DNA of 64,000 bases. Source: Octopus vulgaris. Its lineage: Eukaryota. Both the position numbers and the translations under genes were made by a program. Position 1 is the first letter of the stretch; each line of letters begins with the position of its first letter. A model generated the notes under the pieces. It did no database searches, had not been told where the DNA came from, and worked only from the letters and a program-made list of their open reading frames with translations. Below are positions 24,563 to 35,187 of this stretch, one piece after another. The stretch covers positions 82,522,001 to 82,586,000 of the forward strand of contig OX597819.1 of assembly GCA_951406725.2 (NCBI GenBank), in the 5' to 3' direction.

Positions 24563-26903
24563 ATATCCTGCCCTGAGTGCAGATGAAGAAGGGGTTGTCA
24601 GATTGCCTCTGCCTCATCACCTCACCAATTTGTCCTTAAACTGTGGACTATGCTTTCATAGATGACAGATGAGGGCTCTGCAATTTTTTTGATGAACAAC
24701 CTGTTCAGATGATTTATTTATAGTGGACTGGAGACTGAGACTCCTGGTGTTTTGCAGTGCTTGAGAAGACACGTCAAGCTAAATAAAAGCTCCAGCTGAG
24801 TATCCCTAATCTTGTGGGTTCATAAGTGCTGGTGCCACAGTAAAAGCATCCATATCAGTGCTGCATAAAAGCACCCAGTACACTCTTTAAAGTGGTTGAT
24901 TTTAGGAAGGGCATCCAGCCATAGAAACCATATCAAAACAGCCTTTCAGCCAGTCAGCTTCTGTCAAACCACCCAACCCATGCCAGCATGGAAAACAGAA
25001 GTCAAATGATGATGATGATGCTCAAGTGTTTGTGTTGCTTAGAAATTCACTCCCGCATTAGATCAATTTGTTTGGGAGTGAACTTACAATGGAAGGCAAG
25101 GTTTACGATATTGGGAGAATATTGCCTTCTCCCATTATATCTTGTTCTTCATGTAGTTGAGGCTCTGGCAGGCGAAGAAAGAAGTCTTTAAGTACACATG
25201 CAATTTACAACCGGTTTATTTACAGGGTACACAGGATAGATGAAGTGTGTTGGTCTCAGCAACCATCTCAAGCTGTGTGCGTTGTGTTGTATCTCCATTA
25301 GTGCAGGCACATTGCCTCTGAAGGTACAACATGCAGACAGGCCCAGCCAGTGAAGTGTGCTCAGCAAGCACTGCTGCAAAGAAGTGGAGAGAATGAATCT
25401 GTTTCTGTTTTGCCCTTATATACAGTTTGCCATCATGAGCCTTGTTGTAATCTTGCGCATGGCAAATGGATGTAGGTGAGGTCTCACTCCAGTCTCAGAG
25501 ATGGAAATGGCTGCCACGAGATCTCATCCAATATGGTGCTGCCTGCTTGTGCTGCTACAAACTTATATCTTGCAATTATGGGTGCAACATCCTAACCACC
25601 AGGCCACATGCCCTCACTACACTTACATGCAGTATATGAAAATGAAGTCTTTATTAGTGACTTTATCATTCAGTAGATTAGAGGACTTATCAAAGCCAAT
25701 ACAGCCCAATATTTTTAAGGAAGGGAAAACAAGAAATTTAGGTATTAACGTCTTTGAAAGATTACTCATTCAATAAGTGAAACATTATGTTTTTAGTTGA
25801 AGTTATTTCAACTAAAATTTAAAATCTAATCACTGTCTAAAACAGAGCAAGTGTGCTAACTCCCACTTTACTATTATGTTTCTGTGTAGCAGGCAATACT
25901 ATGTTTAATTTCCTATTCATTGTTATAAGTTACAACACCATTCTGTACTCATTCATTAAAATCCGATATACTTTTCAAGCCAGTCTACGACACAAGGAAG
26001 TCTAATATCTATTTAATTATTTCTATATTTAAGTATATCAGGTTTGGAATCATAATAACAATGGTATTTTCAAAAAATATAATTTCCTAATGCTTGCACT
26101 TATACCTGAAATCTTTGAACATTTAGAAAATTTATATCTCATTTAATTAAGATGTGAAAATTAGATAACAATTTCACTATTGTCTTCCTCCTGCTTTTCT
26201 TCCTTAATTTTTTTTAGCCAATATTTTAAAATCTATTACTGAAAATCATTACTGGAATACTAAATTCTGATAAGAGTGAACATTTTTTTTTCTTAAATAA
26301 AAAAAATAATTAATATCACTTAATAATGAAAATCTATCACAAGATTTCATATATCACTACTATCACTGTAATTAAGGTATATCATTACAACAACTGTAAT
26401 TAGCTCCAGCACTAATAGCTTGAAGCATAATGAAAGTTAAATGAAAATAATTTTTAAAATATTTTTGGAGAGTATTCAACTAAGCCATCAATTCTTATTT
26501 GAAGCTGATTCATGTGTTGATAATATCTTTGAGCAACATAGTATCTTATAGCCATTTTATCCCCTACAACATCTCAAGCTTCAGAGATATACAAAGAAAC
26601 TTTAGTATATTCATTTTATCTTTTAAAGAAATAATTCTTATACCTAGATTTATTATTATGTCAAGTATAAGTTACAATAAACTCATTTTCATGTACAAAT
26701 GTCAATTCTTTTCAATATAAAATAATAATATAACGCAGTTCAGTTCCTATTTTAATAAATTACGTTTTAAATCCCGCTGAACACACGTTTCAATAAATTA
26801 AGCGATGGAATATATTGTAAGGGAAATAACTCTTGCAGTCTTCCCGAAAAAAGAAAATTTTTAAATTACTTTTGATTTTTTTTTTAGATTTGAATATTAT
26901 ACA

Positions 26904-27115
26904 TAGTAATCCCTCGACTATCGCGTGTGTTGCGTTTCAAAACACCCCGCGATAGGTGAAAATTCGCGCGAAGTAGAAACAGTACTGTACTGTGTAATTT
27001 TTTTTAATATTTTTACAATTTGTATATATTTATTTTATCATAAATGCAAACACAGCACCACAGAGGAATTGACGTAAGCTTAAATAATAAACCTCAATAG
27101 GGCGAGAGATTATTG
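26904..27115. mobile_element. pogo/Tigger-like MITE
   Basis: TAGTAATCCCTCGACTATCGCG left end versus GGCGAGAGATTATTG|TA right end. Internal ctatcgcg/cgcgatag palindromic subterminal motifs. Confidence 0.6.
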
Positions 27116-28451
27116 TAGATATAATTTTTTTGTCTTTAACAAGGCAAATTAACTGACATTTTCTCCCTTTTAGTTTTCGATATTAGTGGTTGTGGGGCAA
27201 TGGCATAAGGTTATCCAATAACAGATTATTCTTTGAAAAGAAGGATATTGGCAGTTTAGAATTTCATTATCATTCTATTCTACTTTCTTGATTATGGCAG
27301 TATGCAAATACCTTAGAATACACACACATACAAGTTGTGGTGCACCTGAGCACTGTATACAATAATTTCATTATTATTATCATTATTATTTATACACACA
27401 CACACACAGAATTTACAGACTAGAAGACTTTCAACTTATAAGAATTACTTACAATATAAAATCTATTCTTATAAGATTAACTTTTGAATTCTTCCATCCA
27501 TTTCAGTTTATGTTTTGATATAAATGTTACTGGAATTTCTTGACCATATTGTTCTGGTCACACGCACATTAGAATTAGGAGATTTCAAACAATGTCACCA
27601 TATCACACAGTCACAATTCCCAGAAACTGAGGGATTAACTGATTCAATAGACAGCTTCATTATTTGATAGGTATGTACTTAATGTAGAACTTAGAATTCA
27701 GTACACAAAGGGACATAACTAAATGCAACAAGAAATTTGTCCAGCAATTTATTATTCTACCAATCCACTACTTTCAAAAACAGAATAAATATCTGAATAG
27801 CTGGAAAAATATAAATCAGGTGACGAAAACACTTGGAGATAGAGTTAATCAGCAGAAGAAAATGGCAATGGCCAGGTATGGTATCAATGTAATATAAGAC
27901 AATTGGGTTTCATTTGAGAGTGATTTAGCTGGTATTCCTAGTATGTTTTCTTTGTCAGCTTATATATAAAGGTATATATACACACATACAATGGAGTATG
28001 GTTGGAGGGAAATTTTTCTGCTGTATTAGCCAGGTTTCATTAAAGTGTAAAGCTTTCCCTCAGCTTGGGGCCACAATTTAATGACTGAAACAAGTGAGTG
28101 CTATATGCAACACATATGTATGTATGTACATACACTGTTGAATGGCATGATGTTGCGGTATTTGTCTGAGAGTATAATCTCTCCATAGACACATACAAAA
28201 TGTGTGTGTGTGTCTGAGAGAGACAGACATAGTTGAAACTGTGACTTCACTGGTGCTGCTATCATGTAAAAAGCACCCAGTACATTTTAAAAGTGGTTGG
28301 TATTAGGAAATGCATTCAGCCATCAAAACAACAGCAAAATAGACAGTGGTGCATGATGCAGTCCTTGGACCCATCAGATCCTGTCAAACTATATATATAT
28401 ATAGTTGAAATTTACAGAAAAACAAAAGACGAAGAGAGGTGTATGAGCATG

Positions 28452-28483
<32 letters not shown>

Positions 28484-28599
28484 AGTATAAGAGAGTGTCC
28501 ACTATGTGGTCAACTCCCTGGTTTTTATACGCTAAACCACTTGGTGTTAAGTTGATAGTATTATTAAATTAATATCCAATTTTTTCACCCTTAATTTTG

Positions 28600-28631
<32 letters not shown>

Positions 28632-29073
28632 CCTCCTCCTTCTATGCTGACTTAGGTTGGTCTAACAGGCAAGTCAGAGAACTATACCAAACTCTACTTT
28701 AGCTTGGTTTCTATGGCTGAATGCCCTTCATTATGCCATTATGTACAGAGTGTATTGGATGCTTTTTACATGGCCCCAGCAAACAAGACCCTGCAACAAA
28801 GATGGGAGAAGTATTGATGTGGAGTGGCCTTGTACTAGATGATGAGAGGTTCAAGTATGAATACAGGGTCAGAAATAGGTGTTTTACAGTAAAAGAGATA
28901 CACACATGACTATCTCAGTTTGAGAGAGAGAGAGAGAGAAGGTAGAGTGAAAGAGGAGGGAATGAAGAGAGAGAAAATATGGTGAAGATATGACAGGAGG
29001 ATATATATGCATATGCAGATGTATATATGTACATATGTACTACGTATATATACATATATATATATATATATAA

Positions 29074-29105
<32 letters not shown>

Positions 29106-29292
29106 ATCCATATATATTTAATCCATTCTTGTTGCTTTTTTCCTATATATATATATATATATATTTGAACTGTGAATTTTATTTCCTTACTCACTACTCT
29201 TCTATTTCATTGTTTATTATCTGCGAATTTTCCATATCTAGATCTTTTCTCTGAATATTTCCATGTCTAGATCCTTCGTGTGTTCTCTACTT

Positions 29293-29368
29293 GTCTCTGA
29301 TGACGGAATACCCTATATTCAGGCATACTGGCCTATCACTTGGGATACCCCAGAAACAGTTGTAAGAC
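29293..29368 (+). ncRNA. Type I hammerhead ribozyme motif in a Penelope-like pLTR fragment
   Basis: gtct CTGATGA (29297-303), 49-nt stem II region (ggaataccc...aggc-atactg-gcct...gggataccc), GAAA (29353-56), cagttg, TA, agac. Stem I gtct/agac. The host fragment at about 29165-29480 is flanked by (TA)n. Confidence 0.7.
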
Positions 29369-29475
29369 CTCAACAAATTTAAGAATAATATAAAATAATA
29401 TATATGGCTTGAGATGCTTGTTATGCTTCAGCGTTTGTTGTCCTCTTTCATATATTCCATCTTCCATTTTTCATT

Positions 29476-29514
<39 letters not shown>

Positions 29515-29516
<2 letters not shown>

Positions 29517-29685
29517 CGCAGGAGTGGCTGTGTGGTAAGTAGCTTGCTTACCAACCACATGGTTCCGGGTTCAGTCCCACTGCATGGCATCTTGGGCAAG
29601 TGTCTTCTGCTATAGCCCCGGGCCGACCAATGCCTTGTGAGTAGATTTGGTAGACAGAAACTGAAAGAAGCCTGTCGTATATATG

Positions 29686-29718
<33 letters not shown>

Positions 29719-29933
29719 ATATGTTTGTCTGTCTGTGTTTGTCCCCCTAGCATTGCTTGACAACCGATGTTGGTGTGTTTACGTCCCTGTCACTTAGCAG
29801 TTCGGCAAAAGAGACCGATAGAATAAGTACTGGGCTTACAAAAAATAAGTCCCGGGGTCGATTTGCCCGACTAAAGGCTGTGCTCCTGCATGGCCGCAGT
29901 CAAATGACTGAAACAAGTAAAAGAGTAAAAGAG
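29515..29933 (+). mobile_element. SINE family A, full-length reference copy
   Basis: tRNA-like head (box A GTGGCTGTGTGG, box B GGTTCAGTCCC), central (TA)(TG) microsatellite, 3' end aatgactgaaacaagtaaaagagtaaaagag. More than 15 related copies in the window; inserted in (TA)n. Confidence 0.85.
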
Positions 29934-30120
29934 TATACATATGTATGTATGTATGTATGTATATATGTATATATATATATGTATGTATGTATATATGTAT
30001 ATATATATATATGTATGTATGTATATATATATTCATATATATATATATATACACACATTTAATAGGATAAAATTTTTTTAAATGGCCAGCATATTAAAAA
30101 ATACCTTTAAAGGTTAAATT

Positions 30121-30737
30121 TATAAACAACTTATAAACAAGGGCAAAATAAAATAATTTCTAATGCCAAATATGCTGAAACTAGACACATCATCCATAAC
30201 CATATAATTCATCACTATAAGCATGTGTCCCAAAGAGAACCGACAGAAATTTCTAAAAAATTCCGTTATTACCATATCGGACCCGATTTCAGAGTTAGTT
30301 CATAAGAACCTTCTCTTCGTCGGTGATAAATGTGGCAAAGAAATAAATGAAATACTTACTCATACCCATTGAAGAAGGGTACTCTCTCACTTTATGAGAG
30401 TTTTCAGTTTGAATCGCACATCTCTCGAATGGGCTGGTGAATTTCTATTTTGGATATATTTGGAGTACTTAATTGTGTTCATGACTTAGTGTTTGCTTCT
30501 TCCATGGGTATGAGTAAGTATTTCATTTATTTCTTTGCCACATTTATCACTGACAAAGACAAGGTTCTTATGAATTAACTCTGAAATGGGGTCCAATATG
30601 GTAATAACAGAATTTTTTAGAACATTTTTTGGGACATGTGCTGATGAACTATATGGTTATGGACGATGTGTCTAGTTTCGGCATATTTGGCATTAGAAAT
30701 TTTTTTCTTTTGCCCTTGTTTATAAGTTGTATTTATA
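30121..30737. repeat. Fold-back inverted duplication (about 250-bp arms) with a hammerhead-like motif in each arm
   Basis: 30121-30378 is the reverse complement of 30496-30737. Motif consensus tatca CTGACGA agag-aaggttcttatgaactaa-ctct GAAA tcggg TC cgata, at 30275-30328 (minus) and 30545-30598 (plus). Confidence 0.75.
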
Positions 30738-30811
30738 TATATGTTACATTTATATATTTGTTTTGCAAGATTCTTGATGTGAATTCGTGTCTTGAAACAG
30801 ATATTGTTGTA

Positions 30812-30933
30812 TGGGGATGGTCATGTTGCCAGTTTAGCCAATACAATTAATATAAAATTAAGCTGAAACACATGAATAACAAATATATAGTTCATGTGTA
30901 TTTATTGGCTAAACTGGCAACATCACCATCCCC
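30812..30933. repeat. Short inverted repeat (about 31-bp arms)
   Basis: ggggatggtcatgttgccagtttagccaata versus tattggctaaactggcaacatcaccatcccc. Confidence 0.7.
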
Positions 30934-31233
30934 AAAGTAGCTCTTCTTATAGGTCTCAGCTGACCAACGCATCATAAGTGGATTTGATAGAAGGTTAGTA
31001 AAAAAAACTCAATGTGTATAATATAATATTTGTGTATGTATATGTGCATGTGTGTATGTGTCTATGAAAGTTCGTGTTCGTTTGTTTTAACTTGGTGCAT
31101 GAATTGCCAACAAATGTCATCACAAGTGGTGTCATTAGTTTGCACTATCCCATGAAGACAAGTCAGGCTATGGCATCTAGCCTGAGAAGATCTATTGGAT
31201 GAAAAAGGGAACGTTAAACTATAATTGTATATA

Positions 31234-32848
31234 CAGTTGCGACCAAAATGTTCAGAACGGCATTGTTTTCGTCAGAAAAGTAGATATAATTTTTTATCAA
31301 AGTTGTTTTATATTCTATAATTTTCACATATTATTTGTTATTGCCTGAGATTTTGGTGTAATTTGAGAGGATAATACAAAAGTTATGGATGATTTAGTGA
31401 TTTATTGCAAAACCCATGGCGGCCAAAATGATCAGAACGGTTGCTTTTACTCCGTGTTTTAGTATATTTAACCGGCGAACTCTAATGTTTTGAATTTGTT
31501 TACGTGATAGTTCGTTTACTAAACATTAATAAGAATATTTGCAGTGTACTTTGTTAATATAATGCCACTTACTCCGTTACCAATTCGCCAGCAGATTATT
31601 AAGCTTCGAAGGAAGGATAATTTAAGTATTGGATCTATTGCAAAGATTGTTAACAAGTCAAAAACGTGTTGTACACGGTATTCTTAAGGTCTACGATGAT
31701 TGTGGTTCGTGTGAAGCAAGAAAGTTTACAGGTAGGCCAAGAAAAACGACCAAGAGAGAAGATCATGCTATGGTAAAGTTGGTTAAAAAGGATAGATTTA
31801 AAACTGCTGCTGCTGTTTCTCGGAAAATGAGCATTGTATTGAAGAAAACTTTATCTTGAAAAACTGTGTCTCGTTGTTTAGTTGAACATGACCTACAAGC
31901 AAGAGCACCTGCAGTGAAGCCACTGATCAGCTCCAAGAATAAAAGTGTCGTCTTACCTTTGCAACTGAACATGTGTTGTGGTCTCAAGAAAAATGGCAAA
32001 CGGTGCATTTCAGTGATGAATCTAAGTTTATACTATTTGGCTCAGATGGGAAAAGGTACGTTCGGAGAAAAGTAGGTGAAAAATTGTTGCCTAAATGCCT
32101 TAAGACTAGTGTTAAATTCGGTGGAGGAAGTGTCATGGTTTGGGGAATGATATCTAGAGATGGTGTGGGCCCTTTGGTGCGATTACATGGAAAGTTAAAT
32201 GCAGGAGTTTATAAACAACTTGTAAAAGATCAAGTTTTGCCTGTGCTGAGAAATTCAACTAAGCGACCACCCATATTCATGCAGGACAATGCCCCATGTC
32301 ACAAGGCTAAGGTGGTCATGAACTTCCTCAAGGCTGAAAAGGTTATTATTATGGATTGGCCAGCTCAAAGCCCAGATCTCAATCCTATTGAAAATGTGTG
32401 GAATATTCTAGGAGAATGTTCGAAAGCCAGAAATCCTAAAACAACTGAGCAGTTATGGAATGCCCTTCAGGAAGAATGGATTAAGATCACCCAGCAAGAA
32501 ATTGAAAATTTAATTTCCTCATGCAGTCGAAGATGTCAGAGTGTGATTGAAGCTAAAGGGCTTCACACTAAATATTAAATAATTCCAGTATTCTCTGTCA
32601 TTTTTGATTATTTTGTTATTTTTTCAACTGTTCTGATCATTTTGGCCGCCATGGGTTTTGCAATAAATCACTATATCATCCATAACTTTTGTATTATCCT
32701 CTCAAATTACATCAAAATCTCAGACAATAACAATTAATATTATATTTATTGTCTGTGAAAATTATAGAATATAAAACAACTTAGATAAAAACTTATACCT
32801 ACTTTTCTGACGAAAACAAGGCCGTTCTGAACATTTTGGCCGCAACTA
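31234..32848 (+). mobile_element. Full-length Tc1-family transposon, IR/DR type
   Basis: TA TSDs at 31232-33 and 32849-50. TIRs of about 210-225 bp (31234-31443 and 32625-32848), each with the direct repeat GCG(A/G)CCAAAATG(T/A)TCAGAAC at its outer and inner end. Confidence 0.95.
31562..32578 (+). pseudogene. Tc1 DD34E transposase, disrupted by about two frameshifts and one stop
   Basis: MPLTPLPIRQQIIKL HTH region, GRPRKTT, FSDESKF, GGGSVMVWG, MQDNAPCH and WPAQSPDLNPIENVW, with 34 residues between D and E. The catalytic domain is open in ORF 31973-32578. Confidence 0.92.
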
Positions 32849-32880
32849 TAGAACATGTATGTGTATATGTATATATATAT

Positions 32881-33085
32881 ATAGGAGAGGAAAAATTATA
32901 AAAAGGCAGAATGCTAAATTGAAGCTAAATTTTAATAAAAATGGGTGTATGGAAAATTTTTTAAATGATTTTTAAAAAATAATAAATTATTTTTTTATTA
33001 TTTTTTAATTTTCCATACATCCATTTTTTAAAAAATTTACCTTCAATTTATCATTCTGCCTTTTTCATAATTTTTCCTCTCCTAT
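32881..33085. repeat. Inverted duplication (about 85-bp arms) next to (TA)n
   Basis: ataggagaggaaaaattat...ggcagaatg...tgtatggaaaatt versus aattttccatacat...cattctgcc...ataatttttcctctcctat. Confidence 0.7.
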
Positions 33086-33279
33086 CATTTCTCTACATGT
33101 GGTCAACACAACCCCACCATTTATTGATTTATATATATATGTGTGTGTGTATATGTTTATTTAAAGTGTTGAGTATGTTCCTAGTAGTACACCAATAAAA
33201 TGCATTCACTGCCTATGGCTACCTGACTTCATCCATGGTAGTTACAAATTAGTCACTGGATCTACCACAGGAATTCTTC

Positions 33280-33431
33280 AGAGACAGAAAATGGAAAACT
33301 TCATTGCTCACAATACATCGTGCGTTGATCCCTTGTGGGTGTATAGTGTCTTACCCATGAGGGATAAATGCAGGATGTGTCGAAACAGTTGTGAGCAGTA
33401 AGGTTTCCCTAGTATTCCATTTTCTGTCTCT
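33280..33431 (+). repeat. Nested hairpin with a hammerhead-like GAAACAGTTGT half
   Basis: Outer pairing agagacagaaaatggaa/ttccattttctgtctct. Inner pairing acatc/gatgt, atccct/agggat, tgggt/accca. GAAA at 33382-85; CTGANGA core absent. Confidence 0.5.
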
Positions 33432-33479
33432 ATCATTTGTTATATATATGTGTGTGTGTGTGTTTGTATCTGTGTCAAA

Positions 33480-33680
33480 GCATTTGGCTTTGTGGTTAGC
33501 ATATTCAATTCACCATCTTATGGTCATGTGTTTGATTCCTGGTGGTGCATCATGTCCTTGAGCAAGACATTTTATTTCACATAACCCCAGTTAACTCAGC
33601 TGGCAAAAGTCAGTAGTACCTGTATTTCAAAGGGCCAGCCTTGTCACATTGTGTCACACTGAATCACCTAAGAACTACAA
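33480..33680 (+). mobile_element. tRNA-derived SINE (family D head) fragment
   Basis: tggctttgtggttag...tttgattcc followed by gtccttgagcaagacattttatttcac. Related copies at 37040-37260 (-), 37560-37750 (-), 38843-39050 (+) and 52500-52620 (+). Confidence 0.6.
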
Positions 33681-33792
33681 ACCATGTGGTTTGTAAGCAA
33701 TCTACTTACCACACAGCCACTCCTGCACCTATACATAAGAAACAAGTTAAAAATAATGGTCATTGCATATAATTCCGTAATTAGACAAAATT

Positions 33793-33909
33793 TGGCTTAC
33801 AGCTGTTTCCAGTAGTCATTATAGGTCCATTACTGATAGGTTTACTCAGTTGGTCAACTGAAGAAAATTGAACAACCTAAGAAAATTAATGCTACTTTCA
33901 TCAGAGCCA
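33793..33909 (-). ncRNA. Type I hammerhead ribozyme motif (antisense twin)
   Basis: Plus strand reads tggct TA cagctg TTTC ... TCATCAG agcca, the reverse complement of the 34178-34294 motif. Confidence 0.7.
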
Positions 33910-33942
33910 TTTTGCCCAGATTGATAATCCCTCACTATTTGT

Positions 33943-34037
<95 letters not shown>

Positions 34038-34177
34038 ATGTATATATATATACATATATATATATATACATACATACATATATACATATATATATACATA
34101 CACACATATATATTTAGATAGATAGATAGAGAGAGAGAGAGAGAACAAATAGTGAAGGATTATCAATCTGGGCAAAA

Positions 34178-34294
34178 TGGCTCTGATGAAAGTAGCATTA
34201 GTTTTCTTGAGTTGTTCAATTTTCTTCAGTTGACCAATTGAGTAAATCTATCAGGAATGCACCTATAATGACTACTGGAAACAGCTGTAAGCCA
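34178..34294 (+). ncRNA. Type I hammerhead ribozyme motif with long stem II
   Basis: tggct CTGATGA (34183-89), 88-nt region closed by agtag-catta/taatg-a-ctact, GAAA (34278-81), cagctg, TA, agcca. Stem I tggct/agcca; perfect palindrome ACAGCTGT in stem III. Confidence 0.75.
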
Positions 34295-34369
34295 AATTTG
34301 GTCTAATTAGGGAATTATATGCAATGACCATTATTTTTAACTTGTTTCTTATGTATAGGCACAGTATAT

Positions 34370-34568
34370 ATACTCTTTTACTTGTTTCAGTAATGTGACT
34401 GTGGCCATGCTGGAGGATTTATTCTTTGTAAGCCTAGTACTTATTCTATTGGTCTCTTTTGCCGAATTGCTAAGTTACAGGGATGTAAACACACCAGCAT
34501 CGGTTGTCAAGCGATGTGGGGGGGGGGGACAAACACATACACACAAACATATACACACACACACACAC

Positions 34569-34599
<31 letters not shown>

Positions 34600-34754
34600 C
34601 ATATATACGATGGGCTTCTTTCAGTTTCTGTTTACCAAATCCACTCACAAGGATTTTTTTCAGCCCGAGGCTATAGTAGAAGACACTAGCCCAAGTTGCT
34701 ACGAACCATGTGGTTCGTAAGCAAGCTACTTACCACACAGCCACTCCTACGCCT
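34370..34754 (-). mobile_element. SINE family A copy
   Basis: Reverse complement of family A, ending ttaccacacagccactcctacgcc. Confidence 0.8.
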
Positions 34755-35138
34755 ATATATATATATTATATATATATGATATACATAAATACATACATAC
34801 AAACATAATGTATCATCATTCATCATCGTTTAATATCTACTTTAGGTAAATTTCCAATGGCCTGATACTCTTCCTTTTGCTCTCTCTCATCTGTTGTTCC
34901 CAAGCAAGGTTGACATGTCTTCCACAAAAGACTGGAAACGAACAACTTCACTTGTATGGTGATTATGCCCATTTCCAAATATCACGTGAAGTTTAGATAA
35001 GGAAGCGCGCGCGCACACACACACACGCACTTATACATACTTGCATAGATATATAGCTAGATAGATAAATAGATACATACATAGAGAGAGAGTGGGAGAG
35101 AGAAAAGAGAGACATATACAGTATACATGCGTGTGTAA

Positions 35139-35187
<49 letters not shown>

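Larger units (their letters stand above)
33728..34359. repeat. Fold-back inverted duplication (about 220-bp unique arms around a microsatellite) of a Penelope-like pLTR
   Basis: 33728-33950 is the reverse complement of 34135-34359 with few mismatches. The spacer is (TC)(TATC)(TA)...(TAGA)(GA) microsatellite. Confidence 0.9.
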
